64,000 nucleotides of DNA, taken from positions 64,001-128,000 of the forward strand of contig JBNKHE010000005.1 of NCBI GenBank assembly GCA_050290185.1, in the 5' to 3' direction. Under the pieces are notes generated by a model. That model searched no databases, had not been told where the DNA came from, and saw nothing but the letters and a program-made list of their open reading frames with translations. A program made the position numbers and the translations under genes. Below, one piece after another: positions 46,932 through 57,278 of this stretch (within the stretch, counting starts at the first letter, position 1; every line of letters begins with the position of its first letter). This DNA is from Pontiella sp. GTDB lineage: Bacteria > Verrucomicrobiota > Kiritimatiellia > Kiritimatiellales > Pontiellaceae.

Positions 46932-48452
46932 ATGGCAAAGCAGAAAAAGACGGCGATTACGCCGACGCGGGACGAGAACTATCCGGAGTGGTACCAGCAA
47001 GTGGTGCGGGCGGCGGAACTGGCGGAAAACAGCGATGTTCGCGGATGCATGGTGATCAAGCCGTGGGGCTACGCCCTGTGGGAAAACATTCAGCGTGGCC
47101 TTGATAAAATGTTCAAGGATACCGGCCATGTGAATGCCTATTTCCCGTTATTCATCCCGTTGAGCTATCTGGAAAAGGAAGCCGAACACGTTGATGGTTT
47201 TGCCAAGGAGTGCGCAGTGGTGACGCATCACCGCCTGGAACAGGGCGACGATGGCAAGCTGCATCCGGCGGGTGAGCTGGAGGAACCGCTGATTGTTCGT
47301 CCGACGTCGGAAACAATTATTGGTGCGACCTTTGCCAAATGGGTAGAGAGTTATCGTGACCTGCCGTTGCTGATCAACCAGTGGGCCAACGTGGTGCGTT
47401 GGGAAATGCGTACGCGCCTGTTTCTACGTACGGCGGAGTTTCTGTGGCAGGAAGGACATACAGCCCACGAAACCGAAGCCGAGGCGTGGGAGGAAACCCG
47501 CAAGATGCTGCAGGTCTACAAGACCTTTGCCGAAGAGTATATGGCCATGCCGGTGCTGACAGGAGAAAAGACGGCTGGCGAGCGTTTCCCCGGTGCGGTG
47601 AGCACATTGTGCATTGAGGCGATGATGCAAGATCGCAAGGCCCTGCAGGCGGGTACGAGCCATTTTCTCGGGCAGAATTTCGCCAAGGCTTCCGGCATTC
47701 AATACAGTAGCCGCGACGGCGCTAAAGAATTTGCATGGACCACTTCGTGGGGCGTTTCAACCCGTTTGATCGGCGGGATGATCATGACACATGGCGACGA
47801 CGATGGCATGATCATGCCACCTCGTCTGGCTCCGTCGCATGTGGTGCTCCTTCCGATCATCCGCAACGAGGAGGATCGCGAATCAATTCTGGCCTATTGC
47901 AACGAGATTGCCGCCGGATTACGGAAGCAACGGTTCCACGAGCGGGATGTAGAGGTCGTTGTCGACGCCCGCGATATCAATGCCGGTGAAAAAGGTTGGG
48001 GCTGGGTCAAGAAGGGCATTCCGGTACGGGCTGAAGTCGGACCGCGCGACATGGCCAACAATGCGGTCTTCATGGCGCGCCGTGACACGAATGAGAAGAA
48101 GGGCATTGGCAAGGATGAGTTTGTGGCCGGGATCGTCGATCTTCTGGAGGATATTCAGCAAAGCCTGCTGCAGCGGGCGTTGGACTATCGGTCGTCATAC
48201 TCGAAGGAAATCGACTCCTACGACGAGTTTGTGAAGTTTTTTACGCCGGAAAACAAGGAACGCCCCGAGGCCCACGGTGGTTTTGCGATGAGCCATTGGT
48301 GCGAAGCATCGGAATGCGAGGAAAAGATCAACGAGGATCTTTCGGTAACGATCCGCTGTATTCCCTTTGATCGTGAAAGCAGTGGTGCCGGGCAATGCAT
48401 CTGCTGCGGAAAGCCGAGTCCGGGCCGTGTGGTTTTTGCCAAAAGTTACTAA
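46932..48452 (+). CDS. proS: Proline--tRNA ligase (archaeal/eukaryotic type)
   Basis: VRGCMVIKPWG, RPTSET, NQWANVVRWE, FLRTAEFLWQEGHT, QAGTSHFLGQNF, terminal FAKSY. Confidence 0.96.
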   Translation: MAKQKKTAITPTRDENYPEWYQQVVRAAELAENSDVRGCMVIKPWGYALWENIQRGLDKMFKDTGHVNAYFPLFIPLSYLEKEAEHVDGFAKECAVVTHHRLEQGDDGKLHPAGELEEPLIVRPTSETIIGATFAKWVESYRDLPLLINQWANVVRWEMRTRLFLRTAEFLWQEGHTAHETEAEAWEETRKMLQVYKTFAEEYMAMPVLTGEKTAGERFPGAVSTLCIEAMMQDRKALQAGTSHFLGQNFAKASGIQYSSRDGAKEFAWTTSWGVSTRLIGGMIMTHGDDDGMIMPPRLAPSHVVLLPIIRNEEDRESILAYCNEIAAGLRKQRFHERDVEVVVDARDINAGEKGWGWVKKGIPVRAEVGPRDMANNAVFMARRDTNEKKGIGKDEFVAGIVDLLEDIQQSLLQRALDYRSSYSKEIDSYDEFVKFFTPENKERPEAHGGFAMSHWCEASECEEKINEDLSVTIRCIPFDRESSGAGQCICCGKPSPGRVVFAKSY

Positions 48453-48453
48453 T

Positions 48454-48514
48454 TGAATGACCACTGATGAGTGAGCCGTGATTTTTTCACGACTCAATCG
48501 TCACGAATCACGTC
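48454..48514. repeat. Inverted pair of degenerate heptanucleotide arrays
   Basis: TGAATGA CCACTGA TGAGTGA GCCGTGA, then TCACGAC TCAATCG TCACGAA TCACGTC. Confidence 0.55.
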
Positions 48515-48559
48515 TTTGGAATTGCCCATGGGGCCATGCTGCTCTAGATTGTTCAGATT

Positions 48560-49591
48560 ATGCAAATTACATCAAAAATACTTACGTTTTCATTGATCGG
48601 CTTATGTCTGGCAGGAGCTGTGCCGAATACCCGGGGGGATGCGGCCTACGTTCTTGAAGAGCAGGGACAGGGAACCTGGCGGGCAGTCTTCGACCGGAAA
48701 AAGGATACTTCCGCCGAGCAGTGGGAGTATGCCCGTGCCACTCAAAACAAGGGGTGGCTGCGCAAAGCAGACCGGCGGATGCTCTATCTGGTGCGGCGTT
48801 GGCCGAACAGCAAGGAGGCGCCATGGGCGGCTCGGGCACGCGCCGACATGTTGCTGGCCCGAGGAAAGCTTGATGATGCGTTCGAGGCCTACCAGTTTTT
48901 GATCGATAACTATTCCAGCCGCATGGCGGATTACGACTCCGTACTCGAAAGCCAATTTGAAATTGCCAGCCGGATTATGAACCGTCGACGAATGCGTTGG
49001 ATTTTTGGTGGATACCGTGCGCCGGAATATGCGGTGGATTATTTTGAATCGATTATCAAAAACGGGCCAAAGTGGTCGCGAGCGGCGGAGGCCCAGTACA
49101 TGATCGGCCAATGCCATCAGGAAAACGATGATTACGAACTGGCAATTGCGGCATATGGACTGCTGGGATACCGTTATCCGGACAGCCGGTTCGCGGAAGC
49201 GGCGGCATGGCGCCAGATTGAATGCCTGAAGGCGTTGCAGATGGAATATCCACACAGTCCGGAAATGCTTGAGCGTCTGCTGACAGCTACCACGGTATTT
49301 CTATCCACGTTCCCATCCTCTGATCATCAGACGCAAGTGGTCCAGATGCGCAACGGACTGTACGAAGTGAAAGCGGGAGCGGTATTCGACATGGCCTCAT
49401 TCTATGCCAACGTGCCTAAGAAACCGAAGGCGGCCATCCTGTACGACAAGGTACTGATTGAAGAGTATCCGAAGAGCAAGCTGGTTCCCCGCGCCGAGGA
49501 ACGTATGACGGACCTGGAAGAGTTGCTGGGCAAGCCTGAAGAGGAAAAAGCTCCTGTGGCGCCGCACTCCAAGCCCCTTCCTTTCGGATAA
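48560..49591 (+). CDS. TPR protein, outer membrane assembly factor BamD-like
   Basis: Signal peptide; TPR motifs ending YP.S; adjacent to lptD. Confidence 0.75.
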   Translation: MQITSKILTFSLIGLCLAGAVPNTRGDAAYVLEEQGQGTWRAVFDRKKDTSAEQWEYARATQNKGWLRKADRRMLYLVRRWPNSKEAPWAARARADMLLARGKLDDAFEAYQFLIDNYSSRMADYDSVLESQFEIASRIMNRRRMRWIFGGYRAPEYAVDYFESIIKNGPKWSRAAEAQYMIGQCHQENDDYELAIAAYGLLGYRYPDSRFAEAAAWRQIECLKALQMEYPHSPEMLERLLTATTVFLSTFPSSDHQTQVVQMRNGLYEVKAGAVFDMASFYANVPKKPKAAILYDKVLIEEYPKSKLVPRAEERMTDLEELLGKPEEEKAPVAPHSKPLPFG

Positions 49592-49603
49592 AGGAATTCT
49601 CGT

Positions 49604-51643
49604 ATGTTGAAGGTTGGAATTTTAAAGTTCATTTTGCCGGGACTCTTTCTGGTTTCCGCAGCCTATGCGGTTGACTCGACGCTTCCGACAACGATTCCCG
49701 GTGGCCCCATTGATATACGGGCTCCGAGTCTGGCGCGTACAAACGATACGGTTTTTGCCAGTGGTGGAGTAACCGGACGATACGAGAATGTGACACTCAG
49801 AGCTGATGCAGCTTCGGCTAATCTGGAGTCCGGAGATCTTCATCTCGAGGGGGATATCCATTTTGAGCGTGATAATGTGATCTGGAATGGAACCGTTCTG
49901 GACTACAACTACCTGACCAAGGTTGGAAATTTCGGACCGTCCTCGCTCGATTATGATCCGATCTTAATGAGCGTCGAACATATTGAACGGGTGTCAACCA
50001 ATGAATACCTGCTTCGAGGGGCCACCTTTACCACATGTGCACTGGACCATCCCCACTATCAGATTAAGGTCAAGGAAGCACGGTTGATTGACGACAAGTA
50101 CCTCAGAGCCAAAGGGGCTACGTTTTATGTCCGGGGTGTTCCCGTTTTTTATTTTCCATATTGGCATCAGACGCTGAGCCGTAGCATTTTTACATTCCGC
50201 GCCGGTTTCAGCAGCGAGTGGGGGGCCTTTGGCTTGATTAAGGCCACCGTACCTTTGACCGATGATCTTACATCGATCTCCGATATCAACCTTTACAGCA
50301 AACGCGGAGTCGGCCTTGGGCAAGGGGTTGCCTGGAATTATCCCTCCGCGGCCGGAACGGTTGAATCATTCTATCTGGCGGACCAGGATCCGAATGCCAA
50401 ATATACGATTCCGGAGATTGGTTCGGACCGATACCGGCTGAAGCTAGAACACCTTCAGCACTTTTCGGACACTCAGTATATCAATACGAAATGGAACTAC
50501 CTGAGTGATCCAGTCGTGACGAAGGAGTTCTTCAAAGCTGAATACCGGAGATACGCCCAGCCGGAAAACTATGCGTCATGGGTATATGGAAATAATTTCG
50601 TGGGAAGCGAAGTCTTTGCGAATTATCGGCTGAATGACTTCTACGACAATACCGACCGGATCGAGTACTCCGCGGATATCTATCGTACCCGCATTGGCAA
50701 CACACCATTCTATTTCCAAAGCGAGAACAGCATTGCCCATCTTGAACGGGTTTATGCCGCTACCAATGCGCTGGACAGCATCGATGCCGTGCGTATTGAT
50801 TCGGCCAATACCATTTTCATGCCGCAGCGATACGGGTTCCTAAACGTGATTCCCCGCGCAGGGTACCGCGCGACCTATTATTCCACGAGTCCAACGGTTG
50901 GATCCGATGAGTTCAGGGAAATTCCCGAGGGCGGGGTTGAGGTGTCGCTGCAGGCATCGCGGGTGCTGTCCGAACGGGAACGGTGGTACGGTAAGGGCCT
51001 TCGCCATAAAATAGAACCTTATCTCGATTATATGTATGCCGACGCATCAATCGGAACCAACCGATTGTACCAGTTTGATGCGGTGGATGCACTGGACGAT
51101 CAGAACCAGGTCAAGGTGGGATTACGCAATGTATTGCAGACCCGGCGTGACAACCGGGTCTCCCGCTTTATCGATGTGGATCTCTATACCCACTATCTCG
51201 CCGATAGAAACGGCGCTGCGGATAACATTGATTCATTGTTTGTCAATGCCCGGATGCCACTGACGCGCCGCACTATGGTGGATGTAGACGGAGAAGTGGA
51301 TTGGAACCATGGCATCGTGCCATTTTTCAATACCCGGTTTTCCTACAGGAAAAGCCGCGAGTTGATGCTTTCCCTGGAACATCTTTACTGGGAAGCGAAA
51401 AGAAAATCGCTCTGGACTCCAAGGTTTGATCTCTATCCCGAAGGGCGGTATTCACTGTTCGGATATGCCCGCTATGAAGACCGGGCGAACGATATCGAAG
51501 AAGTGGCAATCGGCGGATACATGAACTGGTGCTGCATGCGTTACGGGATCGGGTATCATCTATTTGATGAGAACGAGCATGCCATCATGTTTTCCATCGG
51601 CTTGTCGGCCTTCCCGGAAGCCAGCATCTCAAGCAGCTTCTAG
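49604..51643 (+). CDS. lptD: LPS assembly protein LptD
   Basis: Signal peptide, ATFTTC...PHY, GVPVFYFPY, SKRGVGLG, beta-barrel body. Confidence 0.85.
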   Translation: MLKVGILKFILPGLFLVSAAYAVDSTLPTTIPGGPIDIRAPSLARTNDTVFASGGVTGRYENVTLRADAASANLESGDLHLEGDIHFERDNVIWNGTVLDYNYLTKVGNFGPSSLDYDPILMSVEHIERVSTNEYLLRGATFTTCALDHPHYQIKVKEARLIDDKYLRAKGATFYVRGVPVFYFPYWHQTLSRSIFTFRAGFSSEWGAFGLIKATVPLTDDLTSISDINLYSKRGVGLGQGVAWNYPSAAGTVESFYLADQDPNAKYTIPEIGSDRYRLKLEHLQHFSDTQYINTKWNYLSDPVVTKEFFKAEYRRYAQPENYASWVYGNNFVGSEVFANYRLNDFYDNTDRIEYSADIYRTRIGNTPFYFQSENSIAHLERVYAATNALDSIDAVRIDSANTIFMPQRYGFLNVIPRAGYRATYYSTSPTVGSDEFREIPEGGVEVSLQASRVLSERERWYGKGLRHKIEPYLDYMYADASIGTNRLYQFDAVDALDDQNQVKVGLRNVLQTRRDNRVSRFIDVDLYTHYLADRNGAADNIDSLFVNARMPLTRRTMVDVDGEVDWNHGIVPFFNTRFSYRKSRELMLSLEHLYWEAKRKSLWTPRFDLYPEGRYSLFGYARYEDRANDIEEVAIGGYMNWCCMRYGIGYHLFDENEHAIMFSIGLSAFPEASISSSF

Positions 51644-52740
51644 AGATTATCAACTCCTACCTCGACCCGGTAGTATAGTTTACGTGCGGTTTGATGCACG
51701 GTATCCGTATAGGAACCAGATAGCAGATTGCTGACCTGCGTGTCGAAACCTGCGTTCAGGTTGGTCGGGCTGGTGACGGTGTAGTAGCGTCCCGGGACCA
51801 CATTCCATGAAAGGACCGGATATTCCAGATGGATGGTGAAGACCGATTGTCCATTGGTTGGGTCGGTGCCGACGACATACTCTTCCCATGTAGTTGCACC
51901 GTCCGCGTCCTGATCCAGTGCGACATCGGCGGCATAATTAGTCAGCCCATACCGTACCATCCAAGTTTCCGGTACAGCATATTGCTTGAGATATATGAGC
52001 TTTTCGTAAACCAGTTCGTACAGTACACTGTAGCCTGCGGTTACGGGATGGCCGTTGAACTGGTCGAGTGGCAGTTTTAGATAGACATGCTGTGCTGCGC
52101 GTCGCCGAGTTCTCCGCCATAGCCATGATGTAGAAAGGTTGAACGGGTTCCCTCTATGAGGTAGCAGTTTTGCTCTATGGCGACATTCCGAATGACTTGG
52201 TTAGCGGCCGGCGTGGTCGGCGTCGCATTCGTCAGGTAGTCCAGTGATCCTGCGAGGTTTGCACTGAAGCCGTCAAACGGATCGAAGTAGGTCATCATTA
52301 CGATATCCGGAATGGGGATGTTGTTTTGCAGGTTTGTTACGATCCCGGTCAGGTTGGTGTAGTATTGATCAATGTCCGAGAGCGAAATAAATCCATCCTG
52401 GATACTTCCGAGCAGGTCGTTTCCGCCGATGAGGATGATTACGAGGTCCGGATTCCGGTTCTTCACGGCGCTCAAGTGCCCTTGCCAGTCGCTCGCCGTG
52501 GAGCCGGACACCGCGGCAATGCCGGGCCAGAGTGTCTAAATCGTATTGCTCTTGGCCGGAATGGAATCCTTCGCCAAACCGAAGAGCATGTCGGCCCAAC
52601 CATAGTCGCCGTTGGTTTCTGGGTTTACTCCAACGGAGATACTGTCGCCGACAATGTCGAAAACCGCATATTCCTTAGGCGATGCCGATTGTATTCCGGC
52701 GATCATCATGCAGACAGCAGCGAGTGCGAGCTTACCCCAT
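51640..52740 (-). pseudogene. Secreted SGNH/GDSL hydrolase with C-terminal DxDxDG..EYxxGTDP domain, disrupted
   Basis: VGDSIS, AVSGST, IGGND and GHP blocks; start out of frame (ATGGGGTAA); in-frame TAG at 52536-52538; frameshift near 52090. Confidence 0.8.
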
Positions 52741-52766
52741 TCTAGAACCCTGAGTAGGGGGTGCCA

Positions 52767-53309
52767 TTATTTCCCAATAAGCTTCAGGAACTCGTTTCGG
52801 GTGGAGGATTCACGCCGGAAACTCCCCAGCATGGCTGATGTGACCATGCAGGAGTTCTGTTTCTCTACTCCGCGCATCATCATGCATAAGTGTTGCGCTT
52901 CAATAACGACTCCAACGCCCTCCGGAGCGATGGTGTCCATGAGCGAGTTGGCCACTTCGTTCGTCAGCCGTTCCTGTATCTGCAGGCGACGGGCGAAAAG
53001 GTCCACAATACGCGCGAGCTTGCTGACCCCAAGGACTTTGCCTTCGGGGATGTAGCCGATATGGCATTTGCCAAAGAAGGGGAGCATGTGATGTTCGCAC
53101 AGGCTGTAGAGTTCAATATCCTTAACGATGATCATGTGGTTGTCCTCAACCGTGAACACCGCATCGTTAATAACATCCTCCAGCCGCTGCCGGTATCCAC
53201 GCGTGAGGAATTCCATTGCTTTTGCCGCCCTTTCGGGGGTGTCGAGGAGTCCTTCGCGATTGGGGTCTTCGCCGAGGTTGGATAATAGTTCCTTGTAAAG
53301 TTCTTTCAT
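52767..53309 (-). CDS. folE: GTP cyclohydrolase I
   Basis: [39 protein letters not shown]. Confidence 0.97.
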   Translation of the reverse strand: MKELYKELLSNLGEDPNREGLLDTPERAAKAMEFLTRGYRQRLEDVINDAVFTVEDNHMIIVKDIELYSLCEHHMLPFFGKCHIGYIPEGKVLGVSKLARIVDLFARRLQIQERLTNEVANSLMDTIAPEGVGVVIEAQHLCMMMRGVEKQNSCMVTSAMLGSFRRESSTRNEFLKLIGK

Positions 53310-53335
53310 GACAATCTCCGTTAACTGGCAAGAAA

Positions 53336-55030
53336 CTATGGTTTCCGCCGGAGCCGTGCAAGTACGATCACACCTTCAACAACCATCCAGATTTGAAGAA
53401 TGGTAATCATCGTGCCGATTCCGAATAAAAGCCATTTCTCCTGATGTGCAAATGTAACCAGATTGATTCCCATGGCCCAACCGGTCATGACGATCATGAA
53501 TACCATCGGAATGGCTGTGTAGATGGTGGGGATGTTCTTGCGGGCAAGCCATACTGTGATGACCAGTAGAGCCAAGCCGCCCAGTAACTGGTTGACGGCG
53601 CCGAACAACGGCCAAAGGGCCAGGGCGCCTTTGCCCCCACCGCTGGAAAATGCGAGTAGCAGCGCGGTAAACACCGCGACAAACGTGGCGGGATGCTTTT
53701 TGCCAAAGGCCGGCAGCTTGCAGCTGTCCGCAATTTCGGAGATGATATAGCGCTGAAGGCGGGTGGCCGTGTCGAGCGTTGTCGCGGCAAACGAGGCAAC
53801 GAATACGCCCATTAACGTGGTCACAAGGGAAGGGGGAAGCTTGAGTCCCGCAATCAAATTGCCGGAGCCGGTGACGAATGCCGCGATTTTTGCACCCAGC
53901 CCCTGTGCGGATTGCCAGCTGGGATACTGTTGATTAAATGCGTCCGCGCCCGTGTAGAGTACACCGTCTTTTACAAGCCCGAGTCCAATTCCTGCGCCAC
54001 AGGCTATGATTACGAGAACGGCCAACATTCCTTCAAGGAGCATGCCACCGTAGCTGATTGGCTGAGCACTGCTTTCATTGTCACATTGTTTGGATGAGGT
54101 GCCGGACGAGACCAGACAGTGAAATCCGGAGATTGCGCCGCATGCCACCGTGATGAACAGGAGGGGGATCATGGAGGGTACTCCGTCGGCATGGAGATTG
54201 GCGGCAGGAGCTACCATGGGGGGGTGAACCGCTACGACGCCAAGCATTAGCAGGGCCATCGCAATGCAAAGCTGAAAGGCGTTGATGTAGTCCCGGGGTT
54301 GCAACAGGGTGGTCACGGGAAGAGTGGAGGCCACATAGGCATAGATAAGAAGGAGTATTACCCAGATTCCTACCGAGGACAGCCCGCCCAAGTCGGGAAG
54401 ATTGACAGGAAAGTAGCTTCCCATGACAATCGTCGAATACATAAGTATGCTGGCAATAATGCCGTAGGTGAGGTGCGACTTGCCCTTCTTGTAAACCATG
54501 AATCCCAGCCAGATTGCAATGGGTAGTTGGAACCATACAGGAATTACTGATTCCGGGAAAATGCTGAATACTGCGGCGATGACCACGCCGAAAATGGCTA
54601 TGACGATCCAGAGCGCAAAGAAAATGATTAACATAAAAAGGAATTTTACGCGCTTCCCGATGATGCTTCCTGCCAGATCGCCAATTGTTCGGCCTTCATG
54701 GCGAAGAGAAATAACCATCGATCCAAAGTCGTGCACGGCCCCCATGAAAATTGATCCGACAAGTATCCAGATCAATGCGGGCAACCATCCCCAGATGATG
54801 GCGATGGCGGGGCCAACGATGGGGCCGGTCCCAGCAATCGATGTAAAGTGGTGACCAAATAGCACCGTTTTATTAGTTGCGACAAAATCCACGCCATCAT
54901 GGTGCGTCTCGCTCGGGCACTTTGCCGTCTTATCAATCTTAAAGATACGACGGGCGAGGAATCGACCATAGGTATTATAGGCGATGATGTATAAAACAAA
55001 TGCAAATGCTGCAATAATCAGTGAGTTCAT
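53336..55030 (-). CDS. cstA: Carbon starvation protein A family transporter
   Basis: [59 protein letters not shown]. Confidence 0.93.
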   Translation of the reverse strand: MNSLIIAAFAFVLYIIAYNTYGRFLARRIFKIDKTAKCPSETHHDGVDFVATNKTVLFGHHFTSIAGTGPIVGPAIAIIWGWLPALIWILVGSIFMGAVHDFGSMVISLRHEGRTIGDLAGSIIGKRVKFLFMLIIFFALWIVIAIFGVVIAAVFSIFPESVIPVWFQLPIAIWLGFMVYKKGKSHLTYGIIASILMYSTIVMGSYFPVNLPDLGGLSSVGIWVILLLIYAYVASTLPVTTLLQPRDYINAFQLCIAMALLMLGVVAVHPPMVAPAANLHADGVPSMIPLLFITVACGAISGFHCLVSSGTSSKQCDNESSAQPISYGGMLLEGMLAVLVIIACGAGIGLGLVKDGVLYTGADAFNQQYPSWQSAQGLGAKIAAFVTGSGNLIAGLKLPPSLVTTLMGVFVASFAATTLDTATRLQRYIISEIADSCKLPAFGKKHPATFVAVFTALLLAFSSGGGKGALALWPLFGAVNQLLGGLALLVITVWLARKNIPTIYTAIPMVFMIVMTGWAMGINLVTFAHQEKWLLFGIGTMITILQIWMVVEGVIVLARLRRKP

Positions 55031-55091
55031 TTATGACCTTTAATTTCGCGTTTTTATCGCTTCTTTATGAACTATAAAAGCGGATTCTGGC

Positions 55092-56114
55092 TCAATCAAA
55101 TGGACGGCGGATCATACATTGCAGATGGGTTTTCCCATTGGAGGTGGATTCAACGTCCAAGGTTCCGCCGAGTTGCTCGGTGCGGTGTTGCATCAGCCTT
55201 ATTCCCAATCCCTTTTCGACCTTGGCAGGCAAGGGACGGCCATCATTGATCACGGATAATTCATAGGCAGTCGGAGTCGCTGCAAGAGATATGTCGACAT
55301 TAAACGCTCTCCCGTGCCGGACTGCATTCGTTATGGCTTCCTGGGTAATTCGATAGAGTTGATGTTGGATGTGCTTCGGTATTTCATTGTCCTCGACTTT
55401 AAAATCAAGGTTAAACTTGGTGCCTGCGGTTTCTGCAAAATGTTCAGCTACGGCAGCTACGGCATTCATGTAGCTGGTATTCTGGTTCGCGAAGAAGTGA
55501 TCAACAAACTCAAGGTTCTCAATCGTGGCTATGCACTCGTCTATCATTCTATTCAATTTAGCCGCTTGAAGATGTGCGGGGTTCCCCTCAAACACCAAGT
55601 GATTAACAAGCACATCGCATCTTTTAAGCATCCTGGATAAGGAATCTCCAATATCCCCAAGAAGCATGTGGCTCAGCAATACTTGAGAGGTCTCATGGCT
55701 CTGAACAATATAATGCTGTAATCGTCTGAGTTCCTCGGTTCGTTCCCCAACTTTTTGCTCTAAAATCGAATTGAGGCGCTCGAATTTACTTTTCGTATAA
55801 CCTAGAAAAGCAATAGCGGCAGAAGTCGCCAACTGTGTGGATATTCCGAAGGGATTAAATGCCTCGTCCCACAAACCCGGATCATTGGAATAGTAATGCA
55901 ATAGAAAGTAGTGATACGGGATGGTGAGAGCGGTTGTGACCACGCAACCTGTGAAGCCATATAGCCATGCTCCAACCATTGCGAGAGCGATCGAAAACAA
56001 CATTACGGATATGTTGAGCGCCGGGAATGCCAGAAAAGAAAAAAGTACGTAGGCCAACCATGCACACAAATAGAGCATCTGTTTTGTTTGTCTTATATCA
56101 AATAAGTTAAACAT
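55092..56114 (-). CDS. Membrane sensor kinase (HisKA_3 type) lacking the H-box His but keeping HATPase boxes
   Basis: About 4 TM; VGERTEEL linker; LYRITQEAITNAVRHG, INDG, GLGIRLM..R..LGG; H-box position reads SHMLLGDIGDSL. Confidence 0.8.
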   Translation of the reverse strand: MFNLFDIRQTKQMLYLCAWLAYVLFSFLAFPALNISVMLFSIALAMVGAWLYGFTGCVVTTALTIPYHYFLLHYYSNDPGLWDEAFNPFGISTQLATSAAIAFLGYTKSKFERLNSILEQKVGERTEELRRLQHYIVQSHETSQVLLSHMLLGDIGDSLSRMLKRCDVLVNHLVFEGNPAHLQAAKLNRMIDECIATIENLEFVDHFFANQNTSYMNAVAAVAEHFAETAGTKFNLDFKVEDNEIPKHIQHQLYRITQEAITNAVRHGRAFNVDISLAATPTAYELSVINDGRPLPAKVEKGLGIRLMQHRTEQLGGTLDVESTSNGKTHLQCMIRRPFD

Positions 56115-56128
56115 TATCTTTTCGCATT

Positions 56129-57142
56129 TTAAGTCGGCTTAACTGAAGAAATGCCATTGGGTACAGAGCACCTAATGATAATATCATCGGTTGGTGAAAT
56201 TTCTGTGCTTAACTCACCGTGAATAAGCTTTGCTCTGTAACGCATCAGTTCCACAAACATGTTGTTCGAGATATTCTCTGGGCTATTGCATCCCTCCACT
56301 TTCGTGAGTAGGCAGTATTTGTCTGATTCAGAGTAAAGATGAATTCTAATCCATGATGGATTGTCATCGTGTTGAGTATTAAGAATGCATTCGTATACAA
56401 TTCGGTAAAAGTGAGTTACGATGAAATCTGGAATATCTTGGATGGAAAAGTCCAATTTCGTCTCGAACTGGATGTTAGCTTTTTCAGAAAAGTAGGATGT
56501 CAGCTCATCAAATGCTGCATCCAAGCCAGCCTCCATCATTTTAAACGGAAATAAGGTTCGAGATATCTTTCTGGCAAGATAAAGGTTTCGTTGGGCCGAT
56601 CGAACTAAGTCCACAACCCGATCCAACTCTCTGAAGGAGCTTTTTTCAAGATCGGCCTGCAGTGTGCTGCTGTAAAGCAACAAACCTGTTAAGGTTTGGC
56701 CTAGGCCATCGTGGATGTCCTGACCAAGGTTGCGCCGAACATGTTCGTCATCCGTGATCAACTGTTCGATCAGGCGGTTGAGTTCTTCGGTGCGCTCAGC
56801 AACCCTTCGGTCCAATTCGATAGAGAGATCTTTTACCCGATCTTTCTGATTCTTTAGCGTTCCCATGAGCGGAGCTATTAATACTGGTACGAAAGTGCCG
56901 AGCGCTTTCGCCTGATAAATCTCGATAACGTCCCCATAATAACCGAGAAGAAAAGCGTTGTATGGCAAGGATAGAAGAACAATTAATAATCCATTTCTTG
57001 TTCCAAACAGCCAGGCACCAAGCCCATAAAGACCAAGTGAGGGGATTGCTGCGTTTATGTTGACGAGAGGGAAATAGTGAAAACTGGCCCATATATAGAT
57101 GATCCATAGAAGACCGTAAGCGATATGTTTTATCTTTCCCAT
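56129..57142 (-). CDS. Membrane sensor kinase (HisKA_3 type) with intact H-box but degenerate HATPase boxes
   Basis: About 4 TM; VAERTEEL linker; RRNLGQDIHDGLGQTLTG; G1 reads KVEG and G2 reads NNMFVELM. Confidence 0.8.
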   Translation of the reverse strand: MGKIKHIAYGLLWIIYIWASFHYFPLVNINAAIPSLGLYGLGAWLFGTRNGLLIVLLSLPYNAFLLGYYGDVIEIYQAKALGTFVPVLIAPLMGTLKNQKDRVKDLSIELDRRVAERTEELNRLIEQLITDDEHVRRNLGQDIHDGLGQTLTGLLLYSSTLQADLEKSSFRELDRVVDLVRSAQRNLYLARKISRTLFPFKMMEAGLDAAFDELTSYFSEKANIQFETKLDFSIQDIPDFIVTHFYRIVYECILNTQHDDNPSWIRIHLYSESDKYCLLTKVEGCNSPENISNNMFVELMRYRAKLIHGELSTEISPTDDIIIRCSVPNGISSVKPT

Positions 57143-57278
57143 ACTCTAAAGATAGCAGAGGCATGGAGAGTAACAACCTCTTTATTGTAGCTAGAAACAG
57201 CCGATTATTCGCTCCTTTGACAACTGGGACTAAATTCGATTTGCCGCGTGTAGGGGGATTCCCTAAAGTGCGCGGATT

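Noticed and set aside
57143..57278. Glycine riboswitch upstream of gcvT
   Set aside because: Only a GGAGAG is present; the other aptamer motifs are missing and the gap must also hold divergent promoters
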